The notes beneath the pieces are model-generated. The model searched no databases and was not told where the DNA came from. It worked only from the letters and a program-made list of their open reading frames with translations. From NCBI RefSeq assembly GCF_009914755.1, contig NC_060929.1: a DNA stretch of 64,000 bases. The stretch is one strand, 5' to 3'. How positions within the stretch are numbered: position 1 is the first letter of the stretch; every line of letters starts with the position of its first letter. This document shows positions 14,801 to 28,785 of this stretch, in pieces. The stretch comes from the human T2T-CHM13v2.0 reference genome, Homo sapiens. The position numbers and the translations under genes were made by a program.

Positions 14801-16319
14801 AAATCCTACTGGAGCACTCCTATACTAATATATTTTCCTGTGATATGGTTTCATGAACATATAAAACCTATGTGAACTGAAATGTGTGTCTGCAAATGAG
14901 CGACTATTGATCTATACTAAATAGAGTGTTCATATTTATATTGCATATTGTGTTCATTTATTCTTAATATTATGAACATGCACCCAAGTCATTAAATATT
15001 AAGTCTCAATATGATTTACCTGGTTGCATAATATTCCATCTCATGATTAGTTCAAACAAAATTTAAACATGTTCCAATCATTTTCAATTAGATTTTTTCC
15101 AAAGGTTTATAAGCACTGCTGATATTAATTTACTTGTGCAAATAACCTTTCATTATGTCTCTGACTTGTTCCTGAGGACAGATTTATGAAAGTAAATAAA
15201 GAGCTCAAAGAACACTGAATGATTTTAAGTGTTTTAAAATATTTCAGCACCAATAGCTTTCTAGAAATGCTGTAGAAATTTATTACCTAACCTGACACTT
15301 CTTTTCTAATCATTATAAAAATACCAATATCTAGAGTTTGCAGAAAGTTTAGAAAACACAGAAAAAAATAAAGAAAAACTAAGAACTACACAAAGTTCTA
15401 ACTCTGTAGGATTTACTATAAAACCATATCTTACATGTAGATATATGGATGGATAGATAGCTAAATGACGGTTATAAGTAATTAGATAACTAGAGAAAGA
15501 AAAATAAGCATAAAAATTAGATCTTACTATCTGTAGTAAGGATGAATGTCCTCATCCTTTCACTTAATACTAAAACATATTCACTTCCTTTACCGATTGT
15601 AAATATTTGATATGTGAAGAACACATATACTTTCCAAGTTAGCTTTTGATATTATATTTTCCAATTCTTATATAAACAATACTTTTAATAGTCTCCTTTA
15701 TAAGTTTTTACACTGCCTTCATGGTTATAAATTCTTCATACTAGGAATAACTAAATATTTACCAATATTTTAGTTCATTTTTAAATGTCATATTTTCATT
15801 AAGCCCTCTTTAAAACATTTTATAACTATTTATCAAGATGTAACTTGAATTTTAGTTTGGCTTATGGCTCATTTGCATTTATTCTACTATATTTATATGG
15901 AGATAGACAATCTTAGTTCATGCTGCATGTTCATAGAAACACAACTGGCTTAATGTAATTATATAAAATTGTGTATAATTTATTTATCTCCATTAAAATA
16001 CTCCTGCTGATCAGAGGGAATGAGTTGGTGTAAGTTTATTTTAAAATGTCATGCTATACTTGGGTGTGAGTATTTAAGGGAATTCCCCTACCCTACATTA
16101 CAATCTTACAGCACACTCTGAGCATGACTAAGCTTGAAATATTTTCCTAAAGAAGAGTAGGAAACAGGACAAAGCAAAGCAAAGTGGAAACATCATGTGA
16201 ACTCCTCAGAAAGTTTAACTTCTAATCAATCCATTTTTATAGTAAGTTAAATATTCTTCCTCATTCTTTTCTGAATCCAAAACATATGTTTTATGTATCA
16301 TATAAGTTTTAACTCTTCG

Positions 16320-16445
16320 TCTAAATTAAAGACACTTAAAAGCAGGATCTGTGTTTTGTAGCTCTTTACATCCCCAAGGATCTGGAACAGTGCTCTGCAC
16401 ATAATAAACTTTCAACAAAAATTCGTATTGATTAGCATGATGAAG
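16320..16445 (+). mobile_element. L2 3' end fragment
   Basis: ACATCCCCAAGGATCTGGAACAGTGCTCTGCACATAATAAAC resembles the L2 terminus. Confidence 0.55.
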
Positions 16446-17449
16446 TGCATGGTTATTTTTCTGTCTCCCTAAGTTTATTCATAGGCAGAAGAGGAAAGGA
16501 GGAAAAGCTGCACGTTTGTCCATCCTACTGCTCATGCTTTTGAGAGTTCAGTCACAATTGCTCTCTCCCTTTGCCTGTGTAACTGTGTAACTCAAGAAAC
16601 ACAAAGTTATTGAGTATCTGTGTACACGGTGCTACATGACCTTTATATCTAGGCTCACTATTTCTTAGTTTTTTTCAAAAACTTAGAATATAAAACTGCA
16701 ATAACCCTAGTATTGGAGAACAAGAATAAGGCCTATTTTATAGGTTTGGCTGTTTATTTTAAAGGAAGAGAAATGTACTATATTATGAAAACTCTTGGCC
16801 TGAAGTATAGATAAAATTGAAATAGCCAGGAATTTTTGTACTGTATTCCAAAATGGTAAAAGGCAAGTAATGCAATGATATTGAAATAAAATACAATGAC
16901 TTAAAATTAAAAGTGGATGTCAAACAAAAATACAATAATTCATGTGTTCAAAGAACCAATATATCATTTTGAGTATATTAACAGCATAGGGAAAAATATG
17001 AGAAAATAAGTTTTATATGGCAGGTCAAAGAATAAAATGCTTAGATGAGCATATGCCCTTGCTTGAAGGATCATACATGAAACATAATAAAAAAAGAATA
17101 TGGGGGAAATTAGTCGAAACAACATTCAAAAATAGAAGAACATACAAAAAATGATGTTTTGGATTTAGAAAACTCTAATACCAATGAGAAAACGAAAACA
17201 ACTGAGTAGTATAAAATATCTTCTTAAACAGAAGCAACTACAAGTCTCTACTTCACTTTGCAATGCAGGCAAGCATATTGATAAAATGATATAATCACTA
17301 CGAGACTTTCACCAAGACCCTTTTCAGGGGTTAAAACACTTCATGGAACGCTGATAACTTGGTATTCATGAACATAACTATTTTAATAACTGAAGACCTT
17401 CATACAACCAAAATAGAAATTAGGAGTAGTGTTTGTGAGATTTATATCA

Positions 17450-17816
<367 letters not shown>

Positions 17817-18161
17817 TAGTAAGTGAATTATAACTATTTTTCGCTTCATGTTTGCATTAATTAATATGAGATTAATATTGAAAAAACTGATTTGTAAACA
17901 GGGTTATTGTGTATAGAATATATAATTAATGTCATTAAAATCTATTTGGTGGAATGTTTTTGTCTGTGCAGTATGAAGATTATGATTCATGCAGATGTAT
18001 GTTGAATATAAGTGGAAGTGCGGCATATATGCAATCATTGATACAGTCAGGTGAAGTAGTTAATTTTTGCATTATAGAATGGCATACAAACTTGAAAATG
18101 CATGCTATTCTAAAAGCAATGGATTGCTTTCGAATATACTACAGTCACTATTCCCTTTTAC

Positions 18162-18350
18162 TCATTAAAAAAACAAAAACCAAAAACAAACAGAAAAAAA
18201 CAACTAAAAACAACACAATGTAGAGACGAATCACCAACACCAAGGTTTTATAAGTTGCATTTGTCATTAAACAAACAAACAAAACAAAAAAACACAACAC
18301 AATGTAAAGATGAATCACCAAGCACCAAGGTTTTATAAGTTGCATATGTC
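18162..18350 (+). repeat. Two-copy tandem duplication (~85-100 bp) with A-rich variable segment
   Basis: CATTAAA...CAACACAATGTA(G/A)AGA(C/T)GAATCACCAA(G)CACCAAGGTTTTATAAGTTGCAT occurs twice back-to-back. Confidence 0.9.
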
Positions 18351-19785
18351 TGTCCAGTATTGTAAAAGAGGATGTGCTAGACACAAACTTAGTTGCTGCA
18401 AAAAATATCTCTCAAAGTGCTGCTATTGTCTACACCATAACTACTTGAGTTCTTATCATTTCTCTCCTAAACTATTCTGCTTCCTTCCTCATTATTTGGG
18501 AGGAAATTTTAGAAATGCAACCTAATTGTGCAATTATTCTGCTAAAAATCTATATGTGGATTATCACTTACTTTAGGATAAAGCTTAAATTTAGTATCGT
18601 GTTTTAACGGACCTTTCTTCATTTTGTTCATGATTTCCACTCAAATTCTGTTACTGTCTTTCTTACCATGTATCTTGTAATGCAGTTATACTTCATAAAC
18701 TGTGATCCACCAAATATCCTATGTTTTCCCATATTATTGTGTCTTTTCAAATACTGCTTGTGTGCCCAAATCCCTCCATATTATCCATCAATTTAATACA
18801 CTATTCTTCAAACCAAGTTCACATCATCTTCGCTACCAAGCATTTTATGGCTTCTCAATCCTCCCTTATACCCAACAAACATACCTAAAATTCACTGGGT
18901 TTTTTTCTTCTATACCTCAGTGATAATACCTGCATGCTATTAAGCTTGTTGGCTTAATTTTGGGGGGCATCAAAGACATTTGCTTACATATCTCTCAATC
19001 TTTTGACAACTTTCTAAAAATTAGGAGTCCCAGTTTCTTCATATTTTATACAGTACCAATCTCATATTGTGATTATGAAAGAAAATGAGACATGCACATT
19101 AGGTTCTCCATAAATGAGCGATCACTATTTTTTTTAACTTTTCTGTTATTACCACCTCATGAGACTTTTTAGGGAGTTCACTTTATCTGCATTTTTTTCA
19201 AGACCTGGAAGTGCCTATAGTAGAAGCTTAAAATATATATTGATGAGGTAAAGGACAGAAAGGGATTAAATGAAGGAGGAAGAAAGAAAGACCAAAGGAG
19301 AGCTAGGAGATGAATAATAGCTTGAGGCAGAGTAGAGTAGAAATGTGTAGAGTAACTCAAGCTTTTATGTAAGGAGTACAATTTCCAGGCTTCATAATTT
19401 GTTACTGTCTCTTGTCAAGAGGGCTGTTGTCATTGATATAAAAAGGAACAAACATCCTTTCATGTTGCTGAGCATTCTAATATCAATAGCTTTTGTTTCT
19501 TCTTTTAAACAGTATTTTCTCAAAAAGTCTGAGATTTTGGAGAATCATCTACTTTCCTGTGATTCAGGCATTTTACACCTCATAAAACCAAAACTGAAAT
19601 ATGACCTTTGTAATGATTTGTTACTTCATCTATTATCTTGATTTAGGTTTCTATTCTTCTTTTGCTTTATTACAAAGATGTTTTTCTATCTATCTTAGCC
19701 AATGTAAGACTGCTGTATAATGTTGTTTTATTTTAATGAATTTCTACTATCCAGTTCCTTCAATTCTCTTAAGAATGTTCATTTT

Positions 19786-20086
19786 GACCGGGTATGGTGG
19801 CTCATGCCTGTAATCCCAGCACTTTGGGAGGCCAAGACGGGTAGATCACAATGTCAGGAGTCGAGACCATCCTGGCCAACATGGTGAAACCCCGTCTCTA
19901 CTAAAAATACAAAAATTAGCTGGGTATGGTGGCACGTGCCTGTAATCTCAGCTACTCGGGAGGCTGAGGCAGGAGAATGGCTTGAACCCAGGAGGCAGAG
20001 GTTGCTGTGAGTTGAGATCGTGCCACTGCACTCTAGCCTGGCGACAGAATGACACTCCATCTCCAAAAAAAAAAAAAAAAAAAAAA
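19786..20086 (+). mobile_element. AluS (AluSc/Sg-like)
   Basis: Full dimer, pure poly(A) tail, TTCATTTT repeated on both flanks as TSD. Confidence 0.93.
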
Positions 20087-20679
20087 TTCATTTTATCAAT
20101 TTTGTAATTCTTCAGAAGGATATAAGTAGAGGTTAAATCCCATTTTCGCTTTTTATATTCAATGCTTTATTCTAAAACCACAACAGAAGAAGGTATCCAA
20201 CATAAATAAAAATAATAATTTCCTGAGTAACTTGTTTTCTTTAGTCCAGGGTTTTGTTTTGTTTTATTTTGTTTTGTTTATAGTACGTGCTTTGTTTTTG
20301 AGTTCTTGGTAAGATCTATCTTTAAAGGGTGTATTTGGTCTATGGCATCTTTACATGGCACAGAGAAAACAAAGTTATCCCGTAAACCTGAGCATAGGTC
20401 ACATATTGGTTCAACTGGTTGAGTTGAACCAAGTAACTCAGGTCACTTTTCCCCAAAGTCCTTATTATGTTTCATCATGATTATTGCGCATTCCTTTAGT
20501 CTTCATTCTCTATCTTAACTGAAAGAAAGCACTAATACACAGCCTACTCATTAACCTAAACTACTAGAAGCTGAGGTTTGTCAGACAGCAGAAGCCAGAA
20601 AATTTCCACAGAAAACTTGAGTATCTTTAAATACATTTTGTACATTTGTCATCTTAACACATGTCCCCTATCCAAATCA

Positions 20680-20880
20680 TTCTAGCATGATGATTGAGCC
20701 CATGGACTTAAGATTGACCTAAATACAAGACTTGCCTCTGAGACTTTGAACAAGTCACTGAATCATTCTTTGCCTTGGTATCTTTGTTTATAAACTAGAG
20801 ACAAGTCTAGTTTCTGCCTCATAGAATTATTATATGGATTAAAACATGATAGCATATAAAAAGTATTTTTCAGAGTCTGG
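20680..20880 (+). mobile_element. MIR fragment
   Basis: GACTTTGAACAAGTCACTGAATC...CCTCATAGAATTATTATATGGATTAAA resembles the MIR core. Confidence 0.55.
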
Positions 20881-21433
20881 GCATGCTTGTGCAACACTCC
20901 GTTCTTCCATGCCATTTTATTACCAGTTCAGTTCTGACTTATATATATTACAGTGAACACATGAGTTTTACATGTATGCTACATTATAAATATGAAAACC
21001 ATAAATAGTTTCTAAATAAACGTGTTTAATGATTAGCTTCATTTGAATGAAGACTAGGGCTCCATTTGGCTGGTGTGGTAGGCAGGTATGCTGTCACAAA
21101 GCGTGTCATGTTCACATGCAGTACATTGAGTCAGCAGTAGCAGGAGATGCAGGGAGGGGGTCTGTGCTGCACATCAGTTCTATCTCCTGTAATACCTGGT
21201 GATGGAAGATCTCCATGGGCTCAAAAAATCCTTGAGTTGTTGCCATGCATATTGCCACATTGCATTTTTAACAGTAACAGGTACAGCCACTGGAAAATTC
21301 CTTACTTATCATCTATAGATCTTTCATTAACAAATACATTATTCCATTACATTCATCATTATATGTACAATATAACTAAGGAAAAGAAAAATCTTGTCAC
21401 AGTATTATCATTATAAGGAAGGTTTTTTTCTCC

Positions 21434-21582
21434 CCCTATAAGAACCCAAGCCCTATGGGATTAGGGCCGCATGCTGTAACTTTATTTAACTGTAATTACC
21501 TTCTTAAAGGCCCTATCTCCAAGGTGGTTAGGGCTTCAATGTGTGAATTTTTTGGGGGGATACAATTTTTTGGCCCATAACA
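21434..21582 (-). mobile_element. MLT1 (MaLR) LTR fragment
   Basis: GGATTAGGGCC...AAAGGCCCTATCTCCAA...GGGGGGATACAATT...CCCATAACA matches the reverse 5' end of MLT1B/C. Confidence 0.7.
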
Positions 21583-24500
21583 CCTGCACAAAGACAGCCC
21601 TTGCTTGTAACACCCAAATATGATATTCCTTCCTCAGAACTCTAATAACACTGTGATTATAACACACAGATTCTACTACAGTTATACTGCCTTGCTTTCT
21701 TGTTTGTATGTGTACGTAGGTATACTTGAGGACTTATGAAAGGAGGTGGTAATATTTGCATCTCAGTATTTTCCAAAGTTTAGCCATGGTCAGATATTAA
21801 GTGTGTACTATCTTTTTTTCTGTCTAATTTTACTTTTAAGAAAGAGAAGATATGATCCTGAAAGAAAAATGTATCTAGAACATGAAGACTCTCCATCACT
21901 TGAAAATGCTAAACCCACTGTGAAGCTATTGATCTATCTTGTGTGCCTTGTCATCCTGCCTATTCATTTAGACTATTAATGGACATTATTGTTCCTTGTA
22001 CATAGTAAAATTGGTCTCTTGATCATATTATTTCCAAGAAAGTGTGTGTATTATTAATCACAAACAGACTTAATAGAATGATTGGACAAGAGAAATAGTT
22101 ACAACTAAATATATATCCAGAAAACTTAGTGTATAAACCCAGGAGAGTGTCTGCAAATTAACAAAACATGGTAAGTAACATCAGTATAAACTATGTAGAT
22201 ATTAACTAGTTAAATGAAATGGTAAGTAGTGTTTATGAACTTCTGAAATAGGCTGCAGAGTTGGCAATGATGGAATAACTAGTGGGTTATTATGGAAGCA
22301 TTTGTGGAAAAGCAAGTCTTCAAATGGGGTATCTGATGAATTCTTATTTATTGAAATTTTATTTCGTGGAAGCCATAAGAAGCAATGGAAGCTGCTACTG
22401 TGGATTTACTTCAAGTCCACAGAAAAGAAGGAATTAGGAGTCTTACAAGAAGTAGACAACTTAGAATTAGATGACAATGGTTGAAAGAGATAACTTGAAG
22501 ACCAATATTTGTACCTGAAAAGTTAGAAATATACTTCTCAATGTCATCAAAAAATAAAATCTTTTATGAGAAATTGTGAGATAATTATATCTCAAGAAAG
22601 AAGAATGAATCTAAAAAAATGCATTGCTTAAGAGAGTCATTAATTCACTTATTTTAACTTTCCTATTTCTAAAGATGTATAAGTTTTTATTCTGAAGAGA
22701 CCTTTAGAGTGAAAAACAGTATGTCTCCAAAAAGATAATACTTGAAAACACTACACGTAAAATATTAAAAAGTATCCATCACGAAGGATGAATAAAAAAT
22801 AATGTTGCCAACCAAAAATAATGGTTGCAGGAAACCTAGAGTTGAAAACGAGTCAATGCTTATCCAAAATGCTAGGAGGTAATGCAGCAGATTGTCCCTA
22901 AATCGTAAGAGTAGCTAGCATAATACTGATGTTTAACAGAGTATAAAATGCCCTTCAAACTAAAGTGGGTGAAACGAATGTATGTTAAAATAATTGAAGT
23001 TTTAGAAAGAACATACATAATGAGGAAATACCTACACATTTTAATGATGTGTTGTTTCAGGAAATTTTTATCTCAAGTATCAGAAGGAATTTCATATCAT
23101 TTCAGAGATATGTTATAGTAAGAATGATAATTAAGAGAAGGAGGCTTTTCATAATATATCATAAAGACCTGTCTTTCACCTCATTCTTGCCAAATTTTAT
23201 TATTTCTTTAAATGGATGACTTGAATGAACCTCTAGAAGCCAAGCTTTAAAAGATTAGGTTCACACTGTACTGTGCTTACCACTGCATTGCATAAGACAT
23301 TTAAAAAGTACAATAATATGTTCCAGCAATAATCAACAGGGAAAATGTGAAGTGTTGCATTTGTATTTTTAAAAAAATTGCAAATAATATGTGTGTGTTA
23401 GGGGTTGGGGAGTGGGAAGGGGCAATTCTGGTTGAATAATATTTTTGAAAGAATAAAATGAAATAAACTAAAGTGTTTTGAGGTCTAATCAAGCAAGACT
23501 ATTTATATAATAATTAAAAATCATGGTTTTCAATGAAATAATAGTGTTCAAAAAGACTGAAAGCAAATAACTTGCCCTAAAGTCTACATTGGAAAAACCC
23601 AATTAAGCTCTCAGGTCAGGTTTTAGGAGTGTTTTAAACAATCAGCATGCATCCAAAACATGGTGAGCAATCTACTTGAAGGTTGCTGGAGAATATGTTC
23701 AAGGTGCAAAGATAGGATTAAAGGTAAACAGAATGTTGAGATAAAGAATACAGAAAGATAGTAGCAGCTATGATAGTCTTAGAGCTACAGAGGCTAGATA
23801 CAGAACCAATATGAAGATATTAAAGAGATGAAGATTCTTTACCATAACAGAATATCTTAGAAAATTGATCTGTTCAGCAGATAAATGACCTGACTCAAAC
23901 AGCATCGAGTTTCTAGTCACTTCTAGTATTTGAAACATATGATTGATGACCACTTATCAGAGATATTGACATTGATAATTTCTACTTTAGGTGAGTGGTT
24001 AGGCAAGTTTATGTCTTAGGTCATATCCAACTCAAAATTTCTATGATTATATCAAGTGGAGGTGAAAAATCTTTTAGATTTGATGAACTCACACTGACAT
24101 GTATAAGTGTAACTGATAATAAATGCCTGTTGGCCAGCTGGGGCCAAAAATGAACTGTTCTTTCTTTTTATTATGTATGGTGACTGTTTGAAAACTTATT
24201 TGAGGATATGAAAATACTTTATCCCTTCAAAGCAGTAATTTCTGCACTAATGTGATATTGCTGGAATGGCATATTATATATTTTATGTATATATATCTAT
24301 ATCTATATATATATCTCCATTCTTCTAGGAATAATGTAATAAACTACAGCATTTTTCTGTCATGAGAAATGGTGGTGCCAATAATAAGAACTTGCCCTTC
24401 TCATGCTAATATAATAGCAGATATTCCTGTTTCATTTCAAATTCATATATGAACAAAATAATAGAAGTTCACATGTACAAGTAGTTCTGAAGTATGTCAA

Positions 24501-25048
24501 GCAATTCCATAAATCTAAGTCAGATTTTCTACATGAAAAATAACCATTATCAATCTCATGCTAAGTGGGTGTTTAAATTTTCAGAAATCAAAACAATTGA
24601 AAAATAAAATCAGTCATCATAAAAATCAGAGCTATAGTTCATCAATCAGGAGATGTCAGAAGTTCCCATATTTCCATAACTCCATTCAATCCGAAATAAT
24701 CACAGACAATGAAAATAAGTTATAAAATACATAAATGTCACTTTTGCTTCCCTGGTGTTTTGAACCTGGAAAAATTCAGATTCACAGAGACTCTACTCAG
24801 ACATTTTATCAAAAACAGTCAGACTACCCTGCATGACTAGTTTGATTGCAAAAGAGCAGAAAAAAAATAGCTAAGGCAGACTACACAATCTGATCTGTTT
24901 TGTAAGGATCCAATCAATCCAATGACTATGTCATGCTCTGGCTTCTAGGAGCAAAATTAATACTTCTTGTTTGAAATGATTCCTACATTGCATGTGAATA
25001 AGCCTAATCTTTTTCTTCTTTTAATATATATATATATTATATTGTATA

Positions 25049-25050
<2 letters not shown>

Positions 25051-25084
<34 letters not shown>
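25051..25084. repeat. (AC)17 microsatellite
   Basis: Perfect AC run preceded by TA-rich sequence. Confidence 0.95.
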
Positions 25085-25086
<2 letters not shown>

Positions 25087-26347
25087 TGGGAACAAATATA
25101 TAAATTTCTTCATTAAAATAATAGTTTTACAATATTTACTCCCACCTTAGACTTTCATTCTGTATGCTGTGTCTCTTTCATCTACTTCTTGCCAACTCAT
25201 GAATGAACAATTTTTACAGAGTTCAGGATCTCCCTGTGAAGTTCCTCTTTCTGTGGCTTACATTTCTGCTGTTGGCAATTGAGTACCAGAGACAGCTCAA
25301 TCTGATGCCAACTTTGGCAGCACTGAACTGAAGCAGTTTTCCAACATATTTGACTCGGATCAACTCTTCTCCTCTGTTGATTTGCATCCTGAGAGAACAC
25401 AATTATAGGTAACAGCAAAAGGGGAATTTAAATTTCTCCTTTACTTGAGTCCCCGTTTACCTTTGCAACAGCAAGAATTAATTGCATCTCAAGCCATATT
25501 TCATAGCTCAATCTTTTTCCTTGGATCCCTTGTTAAAATACTACAAAGTTATTGCTAGTGCACAATGACCTTCTGCTCCGAGAGCTGGAACTGCAGGGAA
25601 TGGGAATAGAACTGCTTTGGGTTGGCAGAAAATGTACTATTTGAATCATTGCCCAATAACCAGAGACAGAGGTACTAAAGCAGATGATGTGTAAGCAGGT
25701 GCTTTTCAGGCCTCAGTGACAGCATTAAGAGCTCTGGTTGGAACCAATCTTCGTTCTGCCAGTTCCCCTACAGTGCACAGTGAAGTGTATTCTTTTGCTT
25801 TCCAACACGAATGTGCTGGTGGATGCATGTTTTATATTTTATAAATTGGAATAAGTTTGAGATTCCTTACCCAGCTTTGTAGAAAATTGCTGAACATTTG
25901 TTCTGGTGCCCAGTCTATGCCCATGCAGTTTGAGGAGTTAACTGTAACAGCATATCTGTTTTGCTTCTTGGAAAATATAGCTCATAGTGGTTGTATTAGT
26001 TTTCTATCGCTGATGTAACAAATCGCTACAAATTAAGGTGCTTAAAACAAAACGAAGTTATTATTTTATAATAGTTCTGTTAGCAATCCAGCACATATCT
26101 CACCCGGCTAAAATCAAGGTGTCGGCAGGTCCGCATTCTCTTCTGAATGCTCTAGAGAAGAATCCCTTTCCTTGACTTTTCTAGCTTCAGCAGGCCACCC
26201 ATTTTCCTTGCCTCTTCGCCCTCTTTCTCCATCTTCAAAGCCAACAACTTCTGGGCTAGTCCTTCTCACATCACATCACTCTAACATTCCTTTTGTCTTT
26301 TGTTCTCAGAACTCTTTCTCTGATCTTCTTCGACCTCCTATTTGCAC

Positions 26348-26638
26348 TTTTTTTTGAGACCGAGCCTTGCTCTGTTGCCCAGGCTGGAGTGAAATGGCAT
26401 GATCTCGGCTCACTGCAACCTCCACCTCTTGGGTTCAAGTGATTCTCTTGCCTCAGCTTCCCAAGTAGCTGGGGTTACAGGCGCCCTCCACCATGCCCGG
26501 CTATTTTTTGCATTTTTTAGTAGAGACGGGGTTTCACTATGTTGGTCAGGCTGGTCTCGCACTTCTGACCTCAGGTGATCCACCTGCCTCAGCCTCCCAC
26601 CGTGCTGGGATTACAGGCGTGAGCCACCGCGCCTGGCC
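26348..26638 (-). mobile_element. AluSx-like
   Basis: Full dimer; TSD CCTATTTGCAC at 26337-26347 and 26639-26649. Confidence 0.95.
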
Positions 26639-26671
26639 CCTATTTGCACCTTTAAGAATGCTTGTGATCGG

Positions 26672-26942
26672 ATGTTACACCACATGGCAAAGGGAAATTA
26701 AGTTTTTGGATGAAACGATAGTTGTCAGTCACCAGAAAAAGTGATTATTCTGGATTATCTGGGCAGATCCCATGACAAGCAACCTTAATAGGATAAGTTT
26801 TTGTAGATAAAATAACCTTAATAGGATAAGGATGCTTGTGATTGGATCTGCCTAGACAATCCAGAATAATCACTTTTTCTGGTGATTGACAACTTTAGTT
26901 TCATCCAAAAACTTAATTTCCCTTTGCCATGTAGTGTAACAT
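26672..26942. repeat. Inverted duplication, 116-bp arms (26672-26787 / 26827-26942), 39-bp spacer
   Basis: Manual reverse-complement alignment: 9 mismatches in 116 bp, no gaps. Confidence 0.93.
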
Positions 26943-27490
26943 ACTCATAAGTTTCGTGGGGCAGGACATGAACATCTTTGGGGACTATATTCTACCTACC
27001 ACAGCCCTGGTTATCCATATGTTTCCCCTATCCTTGGAAGAATTTCTTCACCTCTGACTGTAATCCTAATTACTATTTTTTAAACTAAAAGGTAATAATA
27101 ATAATGGAATATTAATTTATCATCTATTTATTTCACAGTTCTAGACAGAAATACTGTCAAGAAAATGTTCTATACTCTTCTTTCGGCTATCACAGCTTAC
27201 AGGGAGCAGGAAGAGAAAACAAAAATCAGAGTTTTTAAGACCATGGTGCCATCTCTTTCTGTAACCTGTATATTGTTGTATCTTTTAATTCCCAGTCAAC
27301 CGAATGGGGCTTCTCAAATTCACACAGTTTAGTTCCCAAGAACTGTCATAGAACTGTTGGTGAGAGTGAAGATCCTTGGAAAACAAAATCCTAGTGATTT
27401 TTAAAATAGTATTAAAGTAAGAAACACTAAATACGTGTAAACTATTTGGAAATTATGCTTGGTCTAGTTTGTTCTTTTATGTCTTATTTA

Positions 27491-27566
27491 TTTGTTTTTT
27501 ATCTACAAAAACTTACTTCTATGTAGCAAATTATATAGAAGTAAGTTTTTGTAGATAAAAAACAAA
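27491..27566. repeat. Perfect 32-bp inverted repeat with 12-nt loop
   Basis: TTTGTTTTTTATCTACAAAAACTTACTTCTAT (27491-27522) is the exact reverse complement of 27535-27566. Confidence 0.95.
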
Positions 27567-28554
27567 CTCCTGTCTCTTTCTCTACATATATATAATGTAC
27601 AGACACACACATATATATAGCAACTATTTTATCATGCTTAACATTAATACTCAAGGACCAAATTTTAAAATTACAAATTAAATTGCATTTTTCCAATAGG
27701 AAGAAATCTGAAGTTTTATTCTAAAAATAAAGTATGCAAATGTTATTAGAGAAAAAATGACTTTTTAAATGAGACTCATTGCCATGAAGATGAGACTGAA
27801 AATTTCTTTAATTTTAGCACCAGCAGTTGAAGGGACAGTGTGCTATTTGCTTTGAACATTTAAGGCTAAAATTGTGTTTTCTTCACTCACAACCAGTTAG
27901 ATGAATATGAATTTTTAAAAGAAGCATTAAAAAAATACAGCTCCATAGTTTCAAAAAGTTTTAGCATCAATAACAATGCTAGAATATAAAGTTCATTTTT
28001 CTTTTCAATCTATAATCATAATGCTAATGTACCTGTTCTTAAATCATATAGTATAAATAAAGGGCTGAGGGACTGGGAATATACCAGTCTATCTATATCT
28101 ATCTATAGATATGTAGATATATATTTATGCAATCTATATCTCTCTATATATAGATAGTTATATCTGGTACAGTTAATTGACTGTCTCCTATTGACAGTAG
28201 TACTAAAATATGCAATATCCTTTTAAATCTTTTATGTTTTGCCACACTTGGGGAAAATGTTCCACTATATGTTCCATCTATGTAATTTGATTATATGGAA
28301 ATATTTATTGAAATAAAACACTTAAATATCATATACATAAAAGTTAACAATTTATAAGCGCACATCTTAATGACTTCCAGGAATTGAACAGAGTTGTGTA
28401 AACAGCACACAGATCCAGAAACAAAGTCTTAACAGTACTCTGCATTCTTCTGAGTCACCATAGACCACTCTGCATCCTTCAATTATAGCTTTAACTTACA
28501 TTCCTGATATTTTCTGGTTGCACATTTGTCTTTATCACTTAACTAAAGAGGAAT

Positions 28555-28785
28555 ATGGAAGCAAAGTGATTGTCACTCTGACTTCAAATCGCTAAGTTCA
28601 AACCCTGGATGTGACATTTATAATTTGTTGACCTAGGACATGTTATCAGCCTCAGTTTTTCCATCTGTAAAAATGGGAAATTTTAGCTCTTATCTCATAG
28701 GTCTATTGTGACTATTAAGTAGATTAAGGCAACTAAAGCCCTTATAATCATGTCTTAAGTAAGCTCAATAGATATTAGTTCTTTA
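28555..28785 (+). mobile_element. MIR
   Basis: GCCTCAGTTTTTCCATCTGTAAAAATGGGA core plus 3' AAGCTCAATAGATATTAG. Confidence 0.75.

Larger units (their letters stand above)
25992..27003 (-). mobile_element. MLT1D-like MaLR solo LTR, interrupted by an Alu and an inverted duplication
   Basis: Starts TGTATTAGTTTTCTAT, ends CTACCTACCACA; internal CCCTTTGCCATGT and GGACATGAACATCTTTGGGG motifs. Confidence 0.75.

Noticed and set aside
20406-20432. 11-bp inverted repeat TTGGTTCAACT / AGTTGAACCAA
   Set aside because: Real but short, with no associated feature; not enough to interpret.
21127-21136. TGAGTCAGCA AP-1/ARE-like motif
   Set aside because: A single short motif, imperfect at the 5' purine; no supporting context.
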